A DNA stretch of 31,437 bases from Toensbergia leucococca (taxonomy: Eukaryota). Under the pieces are notes generated by a model that was not told where the DNA came from, made no database searches, and saw nothing but the letters and a program-made list of their open reading frames with translations. Positions 12,852 to 22,220 of the stretch are shown one piece after another; position 1 is the stretch's first letter, and each line of letters begins with the position of its first letter. Location: contig JALDZS010000017.1 in assembly GCA_022813965.1 (NCBI GenBank), forward strand, positions 186,001-217,437, given 5' to 3'. Position numbers and translations under genes: made by a program.

Positions 12852-14487
12852 TCAGTGCTTGCCAAAAGGGGCTTGCCCATGAAGTCCCTGCGCATCCAAA
12901 GGTTCCCCTACACCGCTCCCATATAATGGTGGAGCAGCTTTACCAAAGCCAATCTCGCCAGTGCTGGATGCGCCGAAGCTAGGTTGGCCAGGCCCAGAGA
13001 GATCTTGGTTGCCTACTGAACCTTGAGGATCCTTTTGAGGTCTCATTTCCGGAGGAACGACACCTCCGTCTCCGCTTCCAACCACTAAATCTCCACCACC
13101 TGGCATTTTGCCGACTACCATACCTTTGGCCACAGATTTGATGACTGCTTTGCGTGATACGCCGGCTGCGTCGACATAAACAAGGCCTACATTCTTGACA
13201 CCTCCTGCGAGATTTGCAGCGATTTGCCTCGCGTCTTCTCCATACCGATGGCCCACTACCGTAGTCGCTGCAACTGATCCAGAATTCAGCAAGCTACGTG
13301 CACTCTGGTCAACTCCATCTGCAATAGTAGAGAAAGCCATCATCGACTTGTTCAAAAGACCTGGCTTGTAATTTTCAATGGGGCGACCGTCTTTGTCATA
13401 TCCTTTCGTCTTCCTCTGCTGCTCCCCACGGCGAGCCATCGTCGCTCCAAGACTTTGTGCGTATCTGCTGACTTGACCAACAGTCTTTGCCGACAAGCCT
13501 ACTGCGCCCTGTGAGAAGTTGTTCAGCTGCCTGACCCTCGTCTGGGTGGTAGGAGTGAATGTCATTGGTTGAGGATTGGGCTTTGTCTTTTGGGTAAAAG
13601 AATTCGCTCCCGATGTTAGCGCATCTGCCAAGTACCCCGAGCCTGTGACAATCAGACGAGAAGCTGTAGCAGCGTTTTGGACAATTGTAGAATCCTTATA
13701 AGCCGGATGTCTTGACATTTTAAGGTACTCCTCGGATACATTTTGGACGCTGATACGGTTACCTTCGCCTTTCTGTGGTAGTTGGATTTCCACAGGGTCT
13801 ATACAGAGATTACCATCAGGGTTTCTGCGAAATCGTGTCAATAGAAGACATACTCTTTGATCCTGCCTGTACCCCTGCATCTTCAACGACGGTGAAGCCC
13901 TCACCTAGCTCTCCAACAACGCTTCCATTTTCTTCGTCAACAAGCACAATATGACCTTTTTCGGATCTTTTTTCACCCGTCCCAACATACCCTTCACCGG
14001 GTCCATATTCGGCCGGGTTATACTTGCTATGCCCTTTGCCGCTTGGCGGTACGGCTCGTTCCAGGAAAGCCGTACATTGTGCAAGAATTGTTTCAAAGGT
14101 GTCGACGTCCTCCTGAGTAACTTTGCCCGGACCAGAACCGATGCTAGGGAACTCAATGCGAGTGAAGGCACCGCTCTCGGGACCTAGATCCCAGCGTGGA
14201 ATGAGATAACTACGTGGAGGCTGATGATATATCTGAGTTGTAGCGGGAAGTGAAAGATCTAGTTCCGGAGGGAGGTGTAGGTGGAGATAGAAGTCCTCTT
14301 CAGGTGCTGCACTTTGCGGCTCGGCCGAAGAAAGACCAGCGAATGGTGATGATGTCGGTATCATCAGTAATGACAGTGTCTGAGGCCCGGAAGGCGTAAG
14401 AGGAGACTCTTCGCCATCCTGTAGATGATGGGCTCGAATGTTGCCGATACTGTAGAGCAATTTCGGATCATTGTGTCCAGCGGACAT
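12852..14487 (-). CDS. Senescence/spartin-associated domain protein, 2 exons
   Basis: ATG 14487 (MSAGHNDPKLLYSI...); GT-AG intron 13799-13853 joins the two ORFs in frame. The C-terminal region (AVGLSAKTVGQV...AFSTIADGVD...TTVVGHRYGEDA...GVSRKAVIKSVAK) resembles the fungal senescence/spartin domain. Confidence 0.75.
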
Positions 14488-14835
14488 TTCGAGGATAGCA
14501 GGCGGAAAGACTGAAATCGGTAGGGTTGCGGTGTAGGAACGATGAATGATAGCGATGGTGATTGTTCCTAAGCGCCATGACGGCATGCCAAGGAGCGAGG
14601 CCAGCCTCCAGGTTTTCCAACATTACCCTACGCAATTGTGGCGGTGGCCTGTTGATATCGATTACCAAGAGACAATTGAAGCAATTTCGCTGAAAGCCGA
14701 AGCCTTTCTGCTAACGACCAGTACGAGTCATTACTCGGGCACGAAGCGTGTATCACGCACGTGTTATGTAAGGTACGAAGTATTTACTCGTACTGATGAT
14801 GATGCTCCAGCGGCCAGACTCGGCACCAACAATCG

Positions 14836-14841
14836 CCGAGG
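14836..14841. promoter_or_regulatory. FarA/FarB-type fatty-acid response element (CCGAGG = CCTCGG)
   Basis: Exact CCGAGG about 130 bp upstream of the acyl-CoA dehydrogenase ATG, within the 480-bp divergent intergenic region. An E-box CACGTG is at 14758-14763. Confidence 0.5.
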
Positions 14842-14967
14842 TATGATTGTCCTAAGGTCACTCTTACATCTGCCAGACTGTTTCTTACCCAATCCTATTC
14901 ATTATCACAACTTCTAAGATAGAGCTCATACATCTGTGCCTTCGTCGTCCATTGCTTTCGCTTTAAT

Positions 14968-16403
14968 ATGGCTGCTATTCTCAAGACCATGCGGCCAATG
15001 GCGCGCGCCACCTTTTCTTGCCCCTCGCTATCCCTACGAACTGCACACCGGTCGAATCAGAGGTATTGCTAACTCAACGTTTGACATGGAAGTTCAGTGG
15101 ACTGGCTGACCAAAACTTACAAGATTTCGTCCATTTTCTGTAACATCTCGCAGGAAACAAGCAGATGTCGTCGACATTTCTGCCATCACTCCAACACCCA
15201 TCACCCATTTTTCCGAGACTGAGATTTTAATGGCCGAGTCGGCTTCGAAATTTGCACAGGAAGTCATGCTACCTAAAGTCCGTGAAATGGATGAAGCGGA
15301 GAAGATGGATCCAGGATTGGTCGAGCAATTATTCGAACAAGGACTCATGGGCATCGAAATACCAGAAGAGTATGGAGGTGCGGGCATGAATTTCACCGCA
15401 GGGATAGTTGGCATCGAAGAGCTTGCTAGGGTCGATCCAAGTGTCAGTGTACTGGTAGATGTACACAATACGCTGGTTAATACTGCAATATTAAAATATG
15501 GAACTGCCGAGTCGAAGAGGAAATGGTTACCACGGTTAGCCACCGAGACTGTGGGTTCATTCTGCTTGTCGGAACCAGCGTCGGGCTCTGATGCCTTTGC
15601 ATTGAGGACAAAAGCAGAAAAGACATCATCAGGATACAAAATCAACGGATCAAAGATGTGGATCACCAACTCCCTGGAAGCCGACTTTTTTATTGTCTTT
15701 GCAAACTTAGATCTCAGTAAGGGCTATAAGGGTATCACAGCTTTCGTGGTCGAGAAAAGTGCAAAGGGCTTTTCGATTGCGAAAAAGGAAAAGAAGCTGG
15801 GCATCAAGGCTAGTAGCACATGCGTCATTAATTTTGATGATGTCGAGATACCTAAAGACCAATTGTTGGGCGAGGAGGGCCAAGGGTACAAGTACGCGAT
15901 CGGGATTCTAAACGAAGGTCGAATTGGCATTGCCGCCCAGATGACCGGCCTTGCTTTAGGTGCATGGGAGAATGCTGCTGCGTAGGATATATAATGCTAC
16001 ATCAGACTCAAAGCACGTCGGCTGACTTGATTACAGCTACGTATGGAACGACCGTAAGCAATTTGGTCAACTGGTCGGTGAATTCCAAGGCATGCAACAT
16101 CAAATGGCACAAGCGTATACAGAGATATGTGCAGCCCGTGCATTGGTATACAATGCTGCTCGAAAAAAGGAAGCTGGAGAGGACTTTGTACGAGATGCTG
16201 CAATGGCTAAATTATTTGCCTCACAGGTTGCAGGTCGGGTCAGTGGATCAGCGATTGAGTGGATGGGTGGAATGGGATTCGTTCGAGAGGGGATAGCTGA
16301 GAAGATGTTCCGAGATAGCAAAATTGGGGCTATCTATGAAGGAACCAGCAACATCCAGCTGCAGACGATCGCAAAGCTGTGTCAGAAGGAGTATACCAAG
16401 TAG
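14968..16403 (+). CDS. scdA: Mitochondrial short/branched-chain acyl-CoA dehydrogenase (ACADSB/ScdA-like), 3 exons
   Basis: Arg/Ser-rich presequence MAAILKTMRPMARATFSCPSLSLRTAHRS; motifs FCLSEPASGSDA, NGSKMWITN, LNEGRIGIAAQ, RKQFGQ, IGAIYEGTSNIQ. Introns 15063-15123 and 15982-16036. Confidence 0.92.
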
Positions 16404-16977
16404 GAATTGAACAATTTTCAACCAGGTCATCTCAATGGCGATATGAGCGATTGGCCTGCTTCCGATATGTATCATAAGAAACGTGTTTTGGATGGTGAGT
16501 CTTTGGAAGTAGGTAAGTCCACATACACCAGCCCCTTTGATGGGATACGTTGAAACTTATTTGAGCATTCAATTGATCAAATCTTGAAAGATTATCAAGC
16601 AATGGCTGATAGACATGAGCTAATATTGACTAAGACCATAGGTACTTAATGACTAAATAAAAAGTCGAGTGTAGAGGCCAAGTGTTTCGTCCTTAAATAA
16701 TTCGAAAATCCATGATACAAGCTCTTTTCAATTACCTTTTCTCTAACCATACAATGTCCACATTCAATCAACCCGCTCTTCTTTCCCCTGAAGGAAAGTA
16801 GCAAGTTTATCTATCCTGGACATTTTTGAGAAAATATAATTCCAGACACCATTCGGTGCAAACACCGACAAAACCCAAATAGAACATAAATATCCTCTCC
16901 AAAGCCACTTTACTGGCTTTACAAAATTACTGCTCTACTTTAGACGGTCGTACGTGGACTTACAGATCAACTGGCAT

Positions 16978-18268
16978 TCAAGTCACTTTCAGTCCAGTCG
17001 TTGATTCGTACCCATTGTATCCAACGCCTCTCAGATTCCACTCTGACCTCTCCAATCCTTGCGTATTTCCTCTTTGGTCAGTGGCTTTACTGAAAATTCT
17101 CATGTTTTCTCCCTTTTCTATTTCGATTTCGAGTTCCCAAAGAACCCAGGACCATTTACTCCCCATGTCACCTCCATCATTAATATTTGCTCGCTTCCAA
17201 GTTTTTCCGCCGTTGGTCGATACCTCCACCTGGGTAACAGGGCCGTCGGCCCCTTGAGGGATTGCATATCCCTTGGCACAGATGGTCCCGGCCGGGCTCC
17301 GTGCTACGGTCTCATTATCCTCGGGCGCAAGTACGACGCTGTTTATACAATTATCCATCATTGGGGGGACTTTGTCCCAATACTTGGCGGCGGACTCTGA
17401 ATCCGAGGCATCGGGTGGAAGGATTTTATAATCATGTTGCTGATAGAAGCTCGGCGACTGTCGTTGGGAGATGGTAATCTTATCGAGCCACTTGACCGAT
17501 CGAGCGCCAAGAACTCCAGGTACGATAACGCGCACCGGATATCCGTGTTTGGGAGACAATAGCTCGCCATTCATCTACAAAACATTAATGAAACTGTCCC
17601 AAGACTTGGAGAAATTGCTATGGATATCTCGCCTTCAACGCAAGTACAACCTCGTCATCTTCACTTGTGCCTCTTGAGAGAGGGATACTTGCGCCAAACC
17701 AGTCTTCGTCCTGACATTCAGTCTGGTAGCAAGCGAAACACACGTGCAGATTCTCGGCTTCGTTCACGCCGGCTTTACGAATAACATCTCGCAGCCGCGG
17801 GCCTTCCCATTGTGCATTCAGTGCCGCGGCATCGAACCAATCAATGCCCTGTACCTCGCCCAAGCGTGTGCGCATGGAGTGGCGTCTGTTGCCGGCGCAT
17901 TCGAGGGCGCATACAACTTTATGCTGGGGAAAGTCGTGGCCCAGGGCTTGTGGACTGAGCTTCAACGTATGCTTGACAAGACCATCGACTGTAACGGTGT
18001 GGTCTGCGGCGGAGATGTGCGGTATTGGTCCATGGTTGCGGTCGTAGAGGGCAAGACCGTTCGGAGTGATGAAACTACAAGGAAGTCAGCCCCTTTAGCG
18101 GTCGATGAATGTAGATACACAGGAGGCATGACAGTGTACCTCGTCAGCAGGTCTTTGGGAGGAGGCTCTCGATTCAATGGTTCTTCAACTGTACCATCGC
18201 CACTTGTCTGGACTCGTTTGCTTGAGCGTGGTATCGATTAAGTGGTGAGTTAGACTCACTGAGGCCAT
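16978..18268 (-). CDS. Sulfite-oxidase-family molybdopterin oxidoreductase lacking a cytochrome b5 domain, 4 exons
   Basis: PLNREPP, YDRNHGPIP, Mo-ligand motif ALECAGNRR, LALK|MNGELLSPKHGYPVRVIVPGVLGARSVKWL, VEVSTNGGKTW, WNLRGVGYN. Introns at about 18208-18259, 18075-18139 and 17575-17632 (GC-AG). The first exon (ATG GCC TCA) is less certain. Confidence 0.85.
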
Positions 18269-19236
18269 TCTTCAGATGAAGCCTAGGTGCAGATGGCTGC
18301 CGTGGTTGGATTCTGCACGCAGTCGTGTTTGTTACACAGAAAAACTCTCAATCCCTCAACCCCTCAACCCCACCTTCATTGACAAAGGCTAGTTTCAGAT
18401 AGCCTGGAGGCGCTTGAGTTCCCTCTGCCTAAGGAAGGTCACCGTCACCTTCATGGTACTAACCCACTCGGGAGATAACCACGAACTAAAGCAGAAATGT
18501 ATGTAAATTACACTCAATATTACTTCAATGCTGATATTATCTCGTGCCTCAATTCCCCACCACTTCGCAAGTCAAATACCTGTTTCATTTGCGTTCCACC
18601 TAGAAGCTAAATTACCTAGGAGAAAACCATGCTTTTCTACCTCATCCTGACTTGATTCCCTCACCCTCAGGCGCATGATCACCCCCTGAGCGCAAATCCA
18701 TCATGATTTTGCAAGCTATCTATCTCCTTTCAAAATCATGAAATTCTCTGTTATTCACAGGCACGGGGACGTTCACATTCACTCCTGCACCCCCCCCCCT
18801 TCCCTCTCGCTCAGAGGTTCTCTATCACGCAAGGCCGCCGCCTGCTCTACCCTCTAAAGCTATGAGTGAAGGTGAAGGTGAGGGTTCAGGTTCATGAGGT
18901 GAAGGTAGATTGAAATTCATGATATTGCGCCCTGAGGTGAAGAATTAAGTGAAAATGTGATACAATATCAGGATGATTCCCTACTGCAGTGAAGATCATA
19001 GTTGACACACGGATTCATGAGGTGTAAGGCATGCAAAGATGGTGAGAAATTGAGGCAAGATGTGATGCAGAATGATAAAATTTTCCTCAGTGATTTTGCG
19101 CCTGAGGACTAGTTTAGGGGGGGGGGTGCACAGACTTCAAAAGGGGGTGTACATGAATCAATACCCTATATCTAATGCTAAGAAATTGAGTAAGAAATCA
19201 AGTAAGAAATGAAATTAACATGCAATTTGTATAAAC

Positions 19237-19427
19237 ATTGTCGCGTTTCCCTGTGCATCTTAGTCATCATCATGAGAGCTCAAATCAGGTAGCAATGAGA
19301 TGAGGTAGTCATGAAATGAGGTATGGTATCAAGCATTGAAATCAGGTAGGTATGAGAGGATTGTATGTGAAATTGTCGCGTTTCCTTAGGCACCCTAGTC
19401 ATTAGCATGAGGGCTTGAATCAGGTAG
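19237..19427 (+). repeat. 56-bp direct repeat pair inside the transposon
   Basis: 19237-19292 and 19372-19427 (ATTGTCGCGTTTCC...TAGTCAT...CATGAG...AATCAGGTAG) align without gaps, 46/56 identical. Confidence 0.85.
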
Positions 19428-19460
19428 GGGGAATTGTATGTGAAATTGTCACATTTTCTT

Positions 19461-19543
19461 TAGGTAGGTAGGTAGGTAGGTGAACTAGAACCATGACAAC
19501 AGGTAGGTAGACAGGTAGGTAGATAAATAGGTAGATAAGGTAG
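19461..19543 (+). repeat. (TAGG)n microsatellite and degenerate continuation inside the transposon
   Basis: TAGGTAGGTAGGTAGGTAGGT at 19461-19481, followed by further AGGTAGGTAG(A) units. Confidence 0.85.
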
Positions 19544-19843
19544 AAATCTAGGTGATTGATAGTTGAGTATGCGTTTGATGTAAAAGAATTGTAATATATG
19601 GTAACGTTGATAACATGAGGAATAAGCGTATATTACATCCAAATTATTACTTGATTTGGTTAGTACCATGACGGTGACGGTGACCTTCCTTAGGCAGAGG
19701 GGTTTGAGTTTGGCGATTGCGCCATCGCTGCACGACAACTGCTATTTCTCATCTTCCCTTTAGCATTCAATCACTTCATTCTTCGAAATTTCTACAATCT
19801 CACCCATAGTATCTGGCAACTCTATTGCTTGAGGAGTCGAAGT

Positions 19844-21090
19844 ATGTCTTTCAGTACAATTCCAATCCTCGACCTTTCCTTAGCCCGAAATCCAGACACC
19901 AAATCTGAGTTCCTCGAATCCCTCCGTACTGCTCTCCTAGAAGTGGGCTTTCTCTACATCCGCAACACCGGCATCGATGATGCCCTAATACAAAACGTCA
20001 TCGCGCAAGCCAAAGCTTTTTTTGATTTGCCAGAAGCCCAGAAACTGGAAATTCAGATGAAGAACGTCCCCAGTTTTCTTGGTAAGGCTTCGGTGTCTCT
20101 AGACTGGTCGTTTCACCGCTTATATCGCGTTTCCCAGGCTTCAACAAACTGGGCAACGAAATCACCCGCTTCCGCACCGACTGGAGAGAGCAGCTTGATC
20201 TCAGTACCCCCCATCCCCTCCCTTCCGCCTCAGCTCCTCTTTACCATAATCTCCTCTCCCCAAACCAGTGGCCCGACTCAACCTATCTTCCCTCTTTCCG
20301 CGCCGTCTACGAATCTTACATCCAACAAATGTCCACTCTCTCCCGAACGTTCACTTCTCTCATTGCCGAAGCCCTCCACCTTTCCCCAACAGCCTTTGAC
20401 CGTTTCTTCGACCCAGACCAGCAACACAAGCTCAAGATTGTCAAATACCCCGACATCACAGACCTTGGCCTTCTTTCCGCACCGAATGGAACCGGAACAG
20501 ACCGGTCCCAGGGCGTTGGACCTCACAAAGACAGCATGCTGACCTCTTACCTCCTTCAAGCCACACATCACCGCGGCCTACAAGCGCAAAATCTCGTCGG
20601 ACAATGGATCGACTGTCCGCCCCTCCCCGGCACCCTCGTTGTCGCCATTGGCCAAGGTCTCGAAGCCCTGACGCGCGGTGTCTGCGCCAGCACAACCCAC
20701 CGCGTGCTAAGTCCCGGCCCCGGCCTCGGCCCCCGGATCAGCGTGCCCTTTTTCCAAGGTGTGAGCTACGACGCCACCTTTGAAAGTGTGGACGTTCCGG
20801 AAGAGATTTTGGAAATGAGCAAGAGGTTCAAGGACGCGAATGCCAGAGTAGATGGCGAGGATAAAGTTGAATTTACATTTGAAAAAGGCAAATGGGGCCA
20901 TTTGGGAGAGGCGACGTTGGTGAATCGGATCAGGAGCCATCCGGATGTTGGGGAGAGGTGGTATCCGGAGATTCTGAGAGGGCTGAGGGAGGAGCAGCAG
21001 AAGAGGAATGAGGTCGTGGCTGCAGGGGACGATGGTCAGATACAGAACACTCCGGCTAGCTTGAACGGAATGCCAATCCAGGCGCACTGA
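19844..21090 (+). CDS. 2-oxoglutarate/Fe(II)-dependent dioxygenase (IPNS/DIOX_N-type), 2 exons
   Basis: IPILDLS...ALLEVGFLYIRNTGI N-terminal domain; intron 20082-20137 gives SFLG|FNKLGNEITRFRTDWREQLD; Fe triad HKD...H (GPHKDS, TTHRV) and RxS (RISVPFF). Confidence 0.9.
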
Positions 21091-21474
21091 GCACTTGGTC
21101 CCATAATTTCAAGCGAGACGGGCGCATGGCCTTGCAAATAACAGTAACAGTCACCTCAACTCCCTCACTCACCCTCTTTCCCCCAACTAACTCAGTCATA
21201 CATCCAGCTCTCAAGGCCCACCCAAACACCCAAACACGCACGCAGGCAAGAGCAGATCCAGCAAATAAAACAGCGCGCATGGCATTCCCCAACAAAAAAG
21301 GCCCAAGCCACGCACTTAACACACACATCTCCAAAACACAAAAAACCCAAATATTTCCACGACTTCCAATCCATCCAAGCTGAGCAAATGTGACATGAAA
21401 TGGGGGGGGCTTTGCTTCCGCTTCCCCGGATTATCAAAAGATATCCCCATCCCATCTCCAGATCTGAATCTATG

Positions 21475-21496
21475 GAGAGAGAGAGAGAGAGAGAGA
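21475..21496 (+). repeat. (GA)11 microsatellite
   Basis: Perfect GA dinucleotide run in the convergent intergenic region, which also carries several poly-A runs. Confidence 0.9.
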
Positions 21497-22220
21497 GGCT
21501 AAGCCATTAAAAATGAACGGGGTTTTTCACAATATTTCAGGATCTTTGGGCATAGATCCCAAAATCCACAAAGAACGATACGAATAAAAAAAAAAGAAAA
21601 GAAAGAAACCTAATCTTTTCAGGTTCTGAAAAAAAGAAGAGATCCTCTAGGCGCTTTTTTTGGCTCCTCGAACTATGGCGCCAAGCTACTACCTAGTAGG
21701 TAGACACACACAAAGAGGTTCATTCATAGCCAGCACCGGCGCACAGGTTTGACTCTGTCACAAACAGCCGGGCTGCCTTCGCTCGCTGCTATGCATCATC
21801 AGCGCCATCTGAAAAAAAGGGAAAAATGGCAAAATACCAAACACCCATTCATTCATTCCGTTCCTTTCTGTAGAAAAAGTAACATTGATGCGGTGAATAT
21901 GCTAATCAAAAACATCATCCCCCTAAACAACAGTAGCAAATCCTACAAAATCCAAAGTGTACATACACCACCCCTCTCAAAACCCCCACAAATGCACGTG
22001 CATGTAAAATAAAAAATCCCCGAGGCTGAAGTATGCACACACCCCTCTATCTACAAGAGAAAAAAAAAGAGTTCTCTACCTGTCAGAAAAAAAAAGGCCC
22101 CAATTGACAAACTTCCCAACCCGTCGAGCAAAGAATTTGTATGTACAAGAAGATCCCTCTAAATTATTGATACAAAAAACCCCTCTTACACCCCCCCTTT
22201 TACCTCCAAAAGGAAATAGT

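Larger units (their letters stand above)
18421..19701. mobile_element. Non-autonomous TIR DNA transposon (Mutator/MULE-like), 1,281 bp
   Basis: 44-bp terminal inverted repeats at 18421-18464 (CCCTCTGCCTAAGGAAGGTCACCGTCACCTTCATGGTACTAACC) and 19658-19701, 43/44 identical. They are flanked by 9-bp direct repeats GCTTGAGTT (18412-18420) and GTTTGAGTT (19702-19710). No transposase ORF inside. Confidence 0.88.

Noticed and set aside
15094..15669. 191-aa antisense ORF, and similar antisense/overlapping ORFs across the kinase, histidine kinase and het-C genes
   Set aside because: Shadow ORFs of well-supported genes on the opposite strand or in another frame, with no independent motifs.
19237..19450. 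Spaced direct repeats resembling a CRISPR array
   Set aside because: Only two full, diverged units with irregular spacing, in a eukaryotic context and with no cas genes.
19460..19738. 92-aa minus-strand ORF at the right end of the transposon
   Set aside because: Runs through the TIR and the (TAGG)n repeat (YLPT repeats); not a transposase.
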